NCBI RefSeq assembly: GCF_009834535.1
Contig: NC_045696.1
Span: forward strand, 72,852,001-72,916,000
DNA length: 64,000 bases
Direction of reading: 5' to 3'
Source: Camelus ferus
Taxonomy: Eukaryota
This document shows positions 1 through 11,589 of this stretch, one piece after another; position 1 is the stretch's first letter; every line of letters begins with the position of its first letter. Below the pieces are notes generated by a model. The model did not search any database and was not told the DNA's origin. It saw only the letters and a list, made by a program, of their open reading frames with translations. Made by a program: the position numbers and the translations under genes.

Positions 1-20
1 TCTATACAGATTTGGTTCAA

Positions 21-98
21 TTTTTTTTAAAGGATTTTTTAAAATTATTTATTTATTTTGGGGGCAGGAGGTCATTAGGTCTATTTATTTATTATCAG

Positions 99-134
<36 letters not shown>

Positions 135-205
135 TACATCGAGGTCCTGGGGATTGAACCCAGGAGACTAAGCATGTGCTCTACCACTGAGCTATACCCT
201 CCCCC
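21..205 (-). mobile_element. tRNA-derived SINE, Vic-1 (camelid) type, with a (CAA)n/A-rich tail
   Basis: Minus strand reads GGGGGAGGGTATAGCTCAGTGGTAGAGCACATGCTTAG...GGGTTCAATCCCCAG (A and B boxes); degenerate TSD agatttggttcaat/agattcagctcaat. Confidence 0.8.
98..133. repeat. (GTT)n microsatellite in SINE tail
   Basis: About 12 tandem GTT units. Confidence 0.95.
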
Positions 206-1487
206 TAGATTCAGCTCAATCTTTATCTACCTTCTACATCTAAAATGAACAGTTTTATAATGTTTGACCTATGACCAGAAAAATAAGCTAATACACTTTA
301 AAAATATTTTCAAAAGCAAAGATGAAAAAAATGGATTTTATAGGGCAGTCTTTAGTTAACTTGGTGATTTGCACATAGCACTTTTTCAGTAACACCTTGT
401 CTTTGAAACCAATTCTAGTTTTTACTAAGCTCATTTTTTTTCTCTTTGGTGCCTGCTGTTTGAAGTACTGCTCTGTCTCCAAGGGTGACTTTTCAGAGGC
501 TTCTGGGTAAAAGTTTTGGCCAAGACGGGTGTATGTTCTAGGGGGAATGGGCACGTATACACTGAAAGCCAAAGGAAAGAGTGCAAACAGCATGATGGGT
601 CACTGTCAATGGATGTTTAGTTGTCGAAAAAAATGAGTCAGAGTTTCCACCTCACAGGAGAACACCAACAGCCACTCCTTAATGTCTCCATCACCAAGAT
701 TCTTAATGTCTTTGTGGCTTGGTGTGACAGGAAAAGCCCTCAACAAAGTAATGAGGCCTTGAGTCTCCCAGCCCACAGCACAGAGCCTCCCTTCCTTTCC
801 CAGGTTCCCAGTGCCCCAGGGGTCTCATCCTCATCCGCCACTAAAACTGCTTCAAAGAAAAAGCCAGAGGGACACGGTCACACTAAGATGATATTATAAG
901 TGAATAAGAGAGCTTCAACATGATACCTGCCAGGATTGTTTGCCTTCTTATAGAAACCCAAGCATTATTTTTTAAAATATTCCAACAATAAGATTGTTGT
1001 TGGAGACAACAGAAACACAGGAAGAGGGCTTTCCCAGTGCTCCTGAATGCACACGGAAGCCCCCATACTGAGATGGCCCCCATGTTCCTCCAACTAACGA
1101 GGTAAAATTGTTCTTCATCTGCTAGGAAGCTCCAATTCTTATTAAAGAAACCAGGACAGTGCAAGAAATACTAGGGAAGACCAGCGGGGTTACACTGAAT
1201 CTTAAGAGATGCATTCTCTATAAATAAACCACTGTAGATATGGACTGAGCCTGGAAGGGCCATGGTAGCAATGCGTGCTTAGGATGGTGGAAGGAGGGAA
1301 GTACTCTATCAATTCAGAAAATCAGAGGACAATTTCATTACATGGAATCACTATTAAGCAAATAAAATGGTTTGAGGGAAAGAAAAAATAGAGAGAGAGA
1401 TGGCCCTGAGAACCCATTACAAAGAGCACAGGACAGGGACTTAAGGAAACCTGTGGGTTTGGTTACAGCTCGGCCATGTACAAACAC

Positions 1488-1608
1488 AGGGACTTAACAG
1501 GTCACTTCTCTTGTCTGGGTCCCAGTTTCCTCATTTGTGAAATAAAGGTCTTGTACTAGATGACTTTAAGTTCACATCCATCTCCAACATCCTGGAATTC
1601 TGTGATTA
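1488..1608 (+). mobile_element. MIR SINE fragment
   Basis: Core cagtttcctcatttgtgaaat...tagatgactttaag. Confidence 0.7.
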
Positions 1609-1987
1609 CAACAGGCCCTTCTAAGTGGACCACATTATCATCTGGACTTAAAAGAGGTTGCAAGCTTGCCACAGTACCATAAAGGAGGACTTCTTGGCAA
1701 ATCCAGAATGGAAAGTCTCTCCTATGCCTAGAACCTCCCCACCCTGTCAACTCCCCTCCCTCTTAAGGTGAAGAAACATGGCTCAAGGAAAATTTTAGCT
1801 CCAGTTCCATACATGTGTTGATCAGTTGCTTGACTTCTCATAAGACTCTCCCATTCGTTCTCAGTTTTTTTTTTTAATCTATAAAACTACACTCTACACT
1901 GATGACAGGGTGATTTTTGTTTTTAACATGGAAAGCTAATCATGCCAACTTCTGCTCGATCATCTACAAGAGTTTCTCATCACCTAC

Positions 1988-2558
1988 TGTAGCAAACACT
2001 GCTGATTGCCAACTCTGCAACCCCTTCTCGCTACTTTCTATCAGAAGTCCAACTTTGTTCCAGTCTTCTCTACCTGGCCATGTACTTCAGAAGTCGATTG
2101 TTCCCCTCCAGGGGGCCAGTCAAGATCAGCGTGAGCCAGCCATGTTGGTTGCATTCCCCTTGCTAGTGAATGGTTTAGGACGGGGCATGTCATGCGATTT
2201 TGACCACTGAGATGTGAGGGTGAGTCTGCCGGGGGTGCTTCATAAGAAGGTTTTTCCTCACTCATTAAAAAGACACACATCAAGACAGAAGACAAACAGC
2301 CTCTCCTTCTGTTCAGTCATCTTGTGATCAGAAGAAAGACTAGTCTGAGGATAAACCATCATACCAAGGATGGCAGAGCAGAAAAGTGGAAAGAACCTAG
2401 GTCCTTAACGATAGAGTTGAGCCACTGAATTCAGCCATCTTGAAATTTCCCTGTCTTTGAGCATATTATATATGCTGATAAATTTTCTTTAGTGTTTAAG
2501 CCCTTTGTGTTGTGTGTTGAGGATTTCTGTTCCTTGCAGCTGAACACATACTAATACA
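1988..2558 (+). mobile_element. MaLR solo LTR (MLT1J/K-like)
   Basis: tg...ca termini, 3' end gtttaagcc...ttctgttccttgcagctgaacacatactaataca; near-perfect 5-bp TSD cctac/tctac; interrupts an L2. Confidence 0.7.
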
Positions 2559-2559
2559 T

Positions 2560-2960
2560 CTACATTGTAAAAGAAACAGACATTTTCGTTCTTCATGTTC
2601 TAACCCCCTCATCTCCATCACCATACATGAGGCTCTCTAACCACCTTAACCTTTGCCAAAAATACCCTCCCTCAAATTGTCCAATCTAGTAAATACCACT
2701 ACTCATCCTTCAAGTTCCAACAAAAGTACCTTCTCCTTTTTGAAACCTAGGCTAATCTCCTCGGGCAGACTGACGCCCTAATTTCCTACAGCATTTCTTG
2801 CATGCCTCCATTATGTTGTAACCACTGGCATGCCTGTCAACCACACTAGACTGTGAACTTCTTGAGCGCAGGGCCTCAAGGGCCTGTTTCTCTTGTATGA
2901 CCAGCCCCTGAGCATATGCCCGATTCATGGCACACAGTCACTATCTGCTGAATGACATAA
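2560..2960 (+). mobile_element. L2 3' fragment
   Basis: tagactgtgaacttcttgag...gctgaatga L2 terminus. Confidence 0.6.
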
Positions 2961-3989
2961 TACCTGACTATCACTCTAGGAACACTGCTCACCCCTAATT
3001 TGGAAAGTTTAATTCCTTTTGATCTCAGGGTAGGCCTTGCCCAGCGGGCTGACTCATATTTAGAGTCTGAACGATTGCAATGTCTGAGACAACAGGAAGA
3101 GAAATGAGCCTGACTCCACTGGAGCAGTATCAGGATCCTGTCCTCCAGCTCTGCTCCAAAATGAAGACATGCTCAGGCACCCTGGGGGCCATGGGTATCC
3201 ATCCTGAGACCACCAGAGCAGGCTTAGTTTTCAGAGTGACCTGAACTCTCAAAACAGAAACGTGAAACAAGAAGATTTCAGGCCACAAGTCCAAAGTCTA
3301 GATCTGTTCAGCTTAAGCTCGTTTATAGGTTGAGAACCTACCCAGCCAAGATTAGACATCATCTTCCGCAGCAGTCTGCACTCTGCTCCTCCTCCCACAG
3401 CCCCCAACACACAGCACACACATGTCCGAACACCTAGGAAATGCATTCACCTTCTTTCTGGAAATACACACCACTTGTTCTGGTGGCTCTGGTGAGTAAC
3501 CGTGTAAAAGCCCACATCTGCCCAGATGTGAAACAAAAGACACACACATACCTCCCCCTCCCCCATGGTGCAAATGATAAGCCATTGAGAACTGGAACTG
3601 AATGATTCCAGCATTTTCCTATTCAGGCCACTCTTTTGGAAATGTAGTCACGTTTAGTGTGACAGGGGGTGAACAATTACACTAGGGTTGAGATGACTCA
3701 TTTAAATAGCATAATTCAAATATCTTATTCATCTTGCAATATAATCAAACTCCTGAGGGGCTGCTACACTCCTTGCAGGAAAAAAAAAGTGACAAAGGGG
3801 AAAAATGCAGATATTACAGGGCCTGGTTGGCAAGTACAGAGGCTGAAGGGAGGCAGGGTGAGTGGGCCCCAGCGGACCTCCCAGAGCAAACAGGCAAGTC
3901 CCCCTCTACTCTTCCCAGACTCCCAGGGCCCCACTGGCCACTCACTCTGTCTGTCTGTCTGAAAAACACATGAATGCTAGGCCGGGGTC

Positions 3990-4320
3990 ACTCCATCATC
4001 CAAATGGGCCGAGTACCTACTATGTACTAGCAAGGGGGATGCAAAGACAGGACAAAGTTTCTCCTCCTGAAGGAGCTCCCACAATAATAGGGAAGACGGA
4101 CAAAACAGTGTGACCAGTGCTAGAACAGAGACGTAGAAAAGACACTCCTGAGGAAACAGGGAATTCTACTTGAGAATGCAATGCAGGCCTCCCAGGACAC
4201 GTGTCTAAAATGCCTTGAAAGATGAGCAGAATTCTCTAGATGAGTAAGGAAGGGTATCCTGGGCCTGCTCAAGGCTCAGAGACAATGTGTTGTTTCAAGC
4301 AGTAGGGAGCTGGCAGTGGT
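3990..4320 (-). mobile_element. L2 fragment
   Basis: gagtacctactatgtactag...aaggagctcccacaa antisense L2 3' motif. Confidence 0.55.
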
Positions 4321-5659
4321 CTGAGTGGGTGGGTTGCAAGCACATGGGGTGGAGGGCTGGCTTTTACGTCTGTGCCCAGCCTTGAGCTGCCTCTCCAGCC
4401 TCATTTTCTCCCACTGCTTTCTCTTGACTTATAGCCTGGCACGTCCCTAAGTCCAGTCCCCGTGCCTTTCCTGGCCTTCCTCCCTGAACGTGTGCCCTGC
4501 TCTCTACCCTGAGTTCCCTCATCCTGTTCCCCTGCTCTTCCTGGACCCTTTATCTCTCTGTGAAGCCTCCCCACATCCCTGAGCAGAACGAGGTGCCTGC
4601 CCCCTGCACTTCCCACATGGCCACTTGGACAGACTGTGTCTCCACCTCACCAAGGCATAGACACAGTCCCTGCCTTCAGGGAGCTTGGGAACCCAAAGCC
4701 CTAAAACACAAAGCAAAATTCACAAGCCACAAGTGCAATTCCAGGGGCCCAGATGATCACTGAATGAGAGAGGCTCCAAAGACAGAAGGCCACAGCCTAA
4801 GAGAGCTTCACTCTTGGCCACGCCCCTCATCTCTTCTGATTCCAGAGTCCCACGCTGCATTGTCTCAATCCATGACCCCAATTTTGTTTCATGTCTTTAA
4901 TCCTCCATTGTAAGAATTACTCCATTATTCGCCTATCCCACGACCAACTGTCTTGGGAGACGGCACAACGGTGAGGGACTTCGGGCCTACCCAGGCCAGA
5001 ATCCCAGCTGCAGCAATGTGATGACTTGCTGTGAAAACTTCAGATGATGACACAGCACTGTTCCAAGACACAGCAAGCCCCCAAAAAGCCACAACTCTTA
5101 TAGCTGTTGCTCAGCCTCGGGGTCATCCATCGCTACACTCATCTCCAAGCTTCACATCTAGTGTTCTGAGTTCCTCCCGTTTTCTCCCTTCCCTTTCCTT
5201 CCCCACCCTGGCCCTTATCCCTCAACAAGAGCAACAGAACCTACACAGCTCTGAGACTTCACAAGCGTCATGAAGGAGGTGGCATCAAAAGACACTATCA
5301 CTTAGCCCTGTGGGGCTGGCAAGATGAGGGCCAGCCAACAAGCAGGAAATGATGAACAAAGACGGAAGCAGGAACGCATGTACCTTGCTCAAGCAGGGGA
5401 CCTTAGGGTCTCTGGCTGGGTTGTGGGATCCATGCCAGAGATGTTAGAGGTCAGGATGGGCAGACCCGGGGACCCTCAGCTGTGGCTTGGGGGAAATCAA
5501 AGCATGGGTTTTGTGTGTTTGTGTGTTGGGCGTTTGGGGGGTTGGGGGACTGGGAGGTGGAAGCAGGTTATATAGTGACTGTATGCAGGATGTATTGAGA
5601 AGGGAAGAGACCAAAGGCAGAGCCTGTTCCTCAGGGGTAACCCTCCTGTCATGCAAAGC

Positions 5660-5960
5660 ACCCTGGTCACAAATTCAGAAGACCTGGGCTCCAGTATCCG
5701 CAACAGTAACACAGGTGGCCTTGGGACTTCAGCTGACTCATTTGTAAAATGAGAGGCTTAACTTGTGTGGAGCTATCCAAGTTCAAATACCAGCCTGGCC
5801 ACGCATCAGAACAGGAGGTCAGGGAAGACCCCTGATGTGTTGGTATCTTCATTTCCCTCATCTGTAAAATTATGACAAGAGCAAAACACTTCTCTTGCGG
5901 TGCTGCTGCTGAGACACAGTGCCGACAACAACACCAAGCACATAGTAGGCATTTAAAACA
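5660..5960 (+). mobile_element. MIR SINE fragments
   Basis: ttccctcatctgtaaaat core and cacatagtaggcattta tail. Confidence 0.65.
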
Positions 5961-7359
5961 CGGGAGAAAAAGAAAAACGGTGGCTGTCAAAAGTCCTTCC
6001 AGCTTTAAAAAAAAAAAAAAAAAAAAAAGAGTCCTTCCTATGGCAGAAATGACCATTCAGCAAAAAAAACCAACCTGGGCTAGTCCGCAATACAGCATGA
6101 AAATTTCTCTCTGATTCATTTTTCAAAAATTTGATTTGAGTATATACTGAAACTTTCCAGATACACGTTGTCTTCAGAAAGTGTCACTGTATTATTACAA
6201 GATAAAAAAAGCAATTGTAAAAGTCCTGAAAGCAACGAAACTCAAGCAAGCCTTTGATTTCTAACTCAGACTTAACCTGGGTTTCAAAGAGGAAGGGCTA
6301 CCAAACAGGTCTGCAGACACACCTCCTGTTCTCTTGTGTGACTCGTGGAGACCCTGGAAAGCACACAGACCACAGAGCTGTGACCAAGCATTAGCCAGCG
6401 TCAACCCAACCTCAGCTGTTCCCCAGTTGTGTCTGTGACAGATCAGGGTGGACCCCTCCCAAAACCTGGTGACCAAAAACTTACGACCTATTTCAAGACT
6501 CTGGCTAACGAGGCCCTGATTTAGTTCTCAAAAGAAATCCCAGGATGTCTAACCCTCCCAACCCGCTTCACACTTGCCTACTGTTAGGAAAACGGTCAAC
6601 ACATTGCACGGGGGTTTCTACATGTCTGTCTACCCAGAAGACTGAATATAAGGACATGTCTCCTTCACCTGTCTCTCCCCGGTGCCTCCTGTGTGTCGGT
6701 CACCACCCCTACTGTGCATTCAAGCCCTGTAATCCAGGACTGCCTGACACCAAAGTGCATGCTCTTGTGATTACACCTACTGCCTCCCAAAGCACTGAAG
6801 AGAAAGATACCTGGAGTAAGGGATGAATGAGAATTCAGGTCCCATGCCATGCTTTCCACCCAGAATTCCTTTTCCTCTCGTCATTGAGACTCCTCAAGTC
6901 TCCCCTGGAATCCCCACTGCATTCTCACTAGCTCTGGCCACTCTGCCTTTTGCAGTTCTTACGGGCTCCATACATCCTGAAGAGGAATTGCTGCCTCTTT
7001 TCACTCTTAAGGGGGCTGCCGCCCTGAGTCGCTCCTCTCTGGCTCTGTCCTTTGCTCTTGTGTATGCTTGTCGACTCAGAAAGGTCCCGGCTTCCCAAGC
7101 CTCCTTCTCCACACCCTCCTTTCCCACAGAGCAGGGCCCAAGTGGGAGATTCTTGCCAGACTGCTCATCACAGTCATCCACAGAGGTGAGAAAAATGACA
7201 GGTGGCCACGTGGGAACATTGTTTTCTGGAAGGAAACGGATCCCAAGGAACTGTTTGTCTCTGGGAAGAAAGAAGGACTGAGGGTGAGGTGGGAGGGGCA
7301 CAGAGATCTTCTTTTCTGTGCTGTGAATTTTCACTATGGGCGTGCATGTCACAATTTTT

Positions 7360-7505
7360 TTTAAGAAATGGAAAAATCCAGGTGCTCAAGGCCTGCTCCC
7401 AGAGATGATTATCTAGTCTATCTGGGAGGGGACCTTGGCATCTGTATTCTATTTTATACTCTGGGTGATTTTGATGCAAAGGCAAAGTTGGGACTCATGG
7501 TACTG
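7360..7505. mobile_element. MER5A-like hAT DNA transposon fragment
   Basis: gggtgattttgatgca and aggcctgctcccagagatgatt motifs. Confidence 0.5.
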
Positions 7506-7704
7506 GGGAAGTAGTGTGTGTGTGGTTTGTAGGAGTGAATATCTGATTGTGTGTGGCAGGGTGGGGGCAGAATTCCACAGGTTAAAAAAAAATGTTCCTC
7601 CTCTCCAGGATGCCTTGTGTAGAAGTTTCCCCTGCCTTCTCCTCCCAGGAGCCAGATCAGACCTTGGGCTCAGTCATCTGCCCCCAAGGGAAAGCTCCCC
7701 GCTG

Positions 7705-7885
7705 GAGCACAGGCAGTGAATGGTGACGCGTGGACTCGGGAGCCAGGCAGCCCAGGTTCAAGTCCTGGCCCTCACTGTGTGCCTTTGGGGCACTTTTGCC
7801 TCTGTTTCCTCATGGAGGACTGTGTGAAGAGGACATGGATCACTGTGTCCGAGCACTTAGAGCCAGGCCTCGTGTGGGAGAAGCA
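7705..7885 (+). mobile_element. MIR SINE
   Basis: ccaggttcaagtcctggc...ctctgtttcctcat. Confidence 0.65.
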
Positions 7886-8223
7886 CAGAGGGATCGCGGG
7901 CGATTAGCACAGACAGGGAAAGCAGGGGACACCCTCATCATGCGTAAAGCTGGAGTCAGGTCGTCCCCTTCCTCTGTGCCCTGCAGAGCCCTCCTCCATC
8001 CCCATGGAAGCCCGTGCAGTGCATTACTGGTTTACGTCTCTGTCTGCATTGCTGGGGTGTTTGCCCTCTAAGGGAGGCACTGCGTCTCATTTCATTTTCT
8101 GTTGTCCCTGCACAGAAAGCCGTGGCCTTTGTGCACCTGTAAAGCATGTCAAGGAAGGAGTCACTGCGTTAAAAAGCCCAGCCCGCCTTGCAGGCAGCGC
8201 CGAAGCAAAGGAGAATAAGTTAC

Positions 8224-8489
8224 CATGAGGAGTAGGGATGGAAATTCCCGGAGTAGAGAGCCAGTCCCCACGGCGGCAGCCACTCGGATTTCCCCAGGTG
8301 GCCGCCACCGTGCCTCTGTCTCCCCTTCTCCTGGGCATACTAACTCTCAAGTGTTTCTTACAGAATGCAAGGGCTAAATTTTAGCTCTCTACTATCTCTT
8401 TTGAAACACTGAGTAGGGACAAACAATCACAGACACACACTTCTATAGTTCCCCTTTCCAGAAGCATTCAGCTGCCACCTGTTCTAATT
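8224..8489 (-). other. Candidate 266-nt 5'UTR exon
   Basis: Acceptor atttctgtgttttctactcag|; donor ATG|gtaact; separated from the previous exon by a 117-nt intron. Confidence 0.5.
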
Positions 8490-8606
8490 CTGAGTAGAAA
8501 ACACAGAAATGGTCTTTCATATGGTCCAGCTGGGGCATCTCTTTCTTCCAGACCCAGTCATGCTGGACGATCTCATCCTCTTCCTCCATGGACTCATGGC
8601 ACTCAC

Positions 8607-8751
8607 CTCCCTGAGTATTTGTCACCTTAGGCTGAAATTCGGTCTCTCCTCCTAGACGAGGCCTCCTGGGCAATGACTCTTTTCTTCTCCTGTGTGACAC
8701 ACTTCCAGGTTTCAATACATTTCTGTCAGCAACTGACATTCTCTGAAACCT
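8607..8751 (-). other. Candidate 145-nt 5'UTR exon
   Basis: Acceptor ctcatttgctttctgtag|; donor GAG|gtgagt. Confidence 0.6.
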
Positions 8752-9852
8752 CTACAGAAAGCAAATGAGGTGTTAACCTGGTGCGTGGCCCCCATACCAA
8801 CTGGGTGGGGTGGGGTGGAGGTGGAAGGCAGGCTTATCTCTAAGGGAAGCGGTTTTTTTTAGCAGAGTCTGCAGATTCTTGAAAGAGCAGAATATGTCAT
8901 GTCCTGGTTCTGAAATCCTAGGTAATTCACTTCATCAGCAGCGTGGCCCTTTGTTTTTTATTAAACTGCACAGGAATAACCTTGCCATGTTATTGCTACT
9001 ATTAATAATGTGCAGACTTTATCACATCACAATTTGTGTTATGAAAATTGAGTGCCAACGCAGGGGAAAACTGATAGAAGGAAACTACGTCGCTCTGTTG
9101 ATAAGGGAGTGACTTCCTTCGGACCTAAGCTAGCCTCCCTCTGGGCCTGGGAATAAACTGCAACCTCAGCCCCTGCGCCACAAACCCACCCCCATCAAAG
9201 GAATTAGTGGGGACTTTCTGCCCAGCGCTGCCCAGCCATCCTGAAGACCTGTTCCATCGGCACAATGGCTGGTGATTTGCATTCAGAGCAACCAGCAGTC
9301 CTTTCAAAAGACAGGGACACAGTCCAAGCCACACAGTTTTCGGCTTTTATACGGACATCTTCCCATAGTTTCCACTTCAGTCTTCCAAACCACACTTGTA
9401 AGTAGGGCGCCATCCTCACTTCTGTGATCTGATCCTGTGTGAACTAGAAATTCTTCTAAACAAAGGGTGGGCAGGGGCGGGGCGATGGTGAGAGGCTCAC
9501 TGCAGACCCCACCTTGGGCTGCCCAGGGGTTCCCCACGAGGATTTTCACCACCTCCTCCTACAGCGGCGCTCCGTGAGTGCACACACGCAGTGGGAAGGA
9601 GAAGGCGTCCATCCACAGTTCATTACACAGGGTGGCTGGGCGCACCCTCCGCGGGAACGGGGCTCCACGGTCCAGCGACCCGTGGGAGGACCCGAGGGGA
9701 GACCTCCTCGAGGCTCTCTTGTGCGCACAAAACCCAAATGCGGGCTGAAACCAATAAGGAGCTGGTTTAACTTTCTGAAACCACTTCTTATTCTTTCTGG
9801 GAAAACCCTACCCAATGACCCAAACTGATTTTCCTCATTTCCAATGCAAATG

Positions 9853-9895
9853 CACACGCACGGGCGCGCGAGCACACACACACACACACACACAG
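9853..9895. repeat. (CA)n/(CG)n alternating purine-pyrimidine tract
   Basis: cacacgcacgggcgcgcgagcacacacacacacacacacaca. Confidence 0.9.
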
Positions 9896-10260
9896 ACAGT
9901 GGAGGAATTTTGTGAGGTAAATGGTGGCGTCGTCAACGTCCAAGTTCAGCACCACTTTTTAACTTTCCATCACCGGGCCTTATCTTTCCAGAAAACAGAT
10001 GAAAGGTCTGAGGGGGGGAGGTGATCACAGAGATGGGACTGGCTTTTATTAAAAGAGTGTTTTCCCAGACCTTAACTAAACCTCATCCACTTTTGTCAGT
10101 CAGGGCCGACAGTTGAGAGCAATATTAGAGGAGGTAATTGCATGTATCAGTCAACAGCTTTTGTCCCACGGCCGCTGAGAATTACAGTAAAACGGGCACA
10201 GGAAAACAGCGCACTGGATTAAAGGCAAAAAAGATCTTTCTCCAGTTTCTCCCTACTCAC

Positions 10261-10276
10261 CAGCTGTTATGTTCGG
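10261..10276 (-). other. Candidate 16-nt microexon, or 3' end of a short first exon
   Basis: gcttctgtctctgcag|CCGAACATAACAGCTG|gtgagt. Confidence 0.45.
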
Positions 10277-10548
10277 CTGCAGAGACAGAAGCAGCAATAA
10301 TATCTGGGGGAAATCTAGCCTACCACAGTCTGGGCTTTTTTTCCTCCTCCTGTTTTCCCTCTGCCTTGAAAGTGATTAATCTTTGACTTTTAAAGAGAAA
10401 CTTTCAAAAAGCATTCTGTCTCACCATAGCAGCTATTAACTGCATATGCATTTTTCTCCCAGTAAAATGTATGAACACATATAAACCTGGACCTTCTACC
10501 ATTTCTTAGGCTGCCTATAAAAACAGCTACCTCAGAGCCTTTGATGTC

Positions 10549-10688
10549 ACTTGGTAACAGGTCCCAGTAGTTGCTTAAGTAAACAGTTGGCAAGACATAC
10601 ATACATTTTAGGTACATTTGATTGTAGATCACACCAAGCCAAACGCATGCTGATGAAGCTGTAGCACTGGGGTCTGAAATTCACCCAG
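10549..10688 (+). ncRNA. Candidate first exon of a divergent/antisense lncRNA
   Basis: TATAAAAA 33 nt upstream of Inr-like TCACTT (A at 10549); consensus donor CAG|gtgagt at 10688. Confidence 0.35.
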
Positions 10689-11589
10689 GTGAGTGGGCAG
10701 CCTGTCCCTGTGCACCTGGCACAAATCCCCACAAGATAAGTGTAATTGTCACCAGGTCCCTGGGGCTCCAGACACCACAGACTGGCTCCCTTAACCCAAT
10801 GTTAAAGGAACGCCCTTTCTCTCAGCCATGAGAAAGTAACTAAGACTGCCCAAAAAGCTGCGGGAGCCTTTGGATTTGAAAGCTTCAAGGAGGTGCATTC
10901 TTAGGACTAAGTCGAGGGCACCTTGGAGGGAGAGTTGGCTGACCCGGAAAGAACAGCGACCAACTCCAGGGTGACTGCAGGAACCAGCAAACGGTGGGTT
11001 TCTGAGTGAGTGAGTGAAACAAGAGGCAGGGGTGAGTCTGGCCAGCTCTCCTGTGACGCTGACAGAGGTCAGCTGGGACATTGATGCAGTGGGGCAAAGT
11101 AAGTCAGTTGTTATTCACGAGTTTGAGCCTTAACTACGTGAAACCCTAAGGTACACCAGGATGGTCAAGTCTGACTTTCCGATGCAGGAGTGAACAGTTA
11201 TTTCCATTTCACAGATCAAGAAATGGAGGTTTTGAGAGAAAAGGTAACTCAGTCAGGTTAATATAACCAATGAATACTGTAGATAGGATTCAAATTCAGC
11301 TCTGGCTCCTCCAGAGCCTTGCTCATGCCATCACAACCATCTCACCTTTGGGGTGGTACCTGCCCAGCAGGACTTGATTGTGGACACCAGGGATCTAGGG
11401 AGCTATAGGAGAAACCTGCAGAAGTCTCCTAGGACATCAAATTTACTCAAATATTGGTGGGTGTCAAATGGAACAGGAGTAGGGTGGTGGGGGATTAAGT
11501 AATTGATGAGTATTTCAAAACACAGTTTTTCATGTTAAATTCAATGGCTATATTAGAGAGCCAGATACAATATTTTTATCTTTTTGAGG

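Larger units (their letters stand above)
8900..10700. promoter_or_regulatory. Repeat-poor promoter/enhancer zone with CpG-enriched core
   Basis: CpG cluster ~9560-9930, GC-box GGGGCGGGG at 9474-9482, GATA motifs near 9020-9105, outward-facing splice donors at 10261 (-) and 10688 (+), TATAAAAA at 10516-10523. Confidence 0.55.

Noticed and set aside
140..205. tRNA gene
   Set aside because: A and B boxes are present, but the anticodon region is deleted and it has a SINE tail and TSDs.
7434..7502. 69-nt minus-strand exon in the MER5-like element
   Set aside because: Acceptor is reasonable but the donor AAG|gtcccc is too weak to support.
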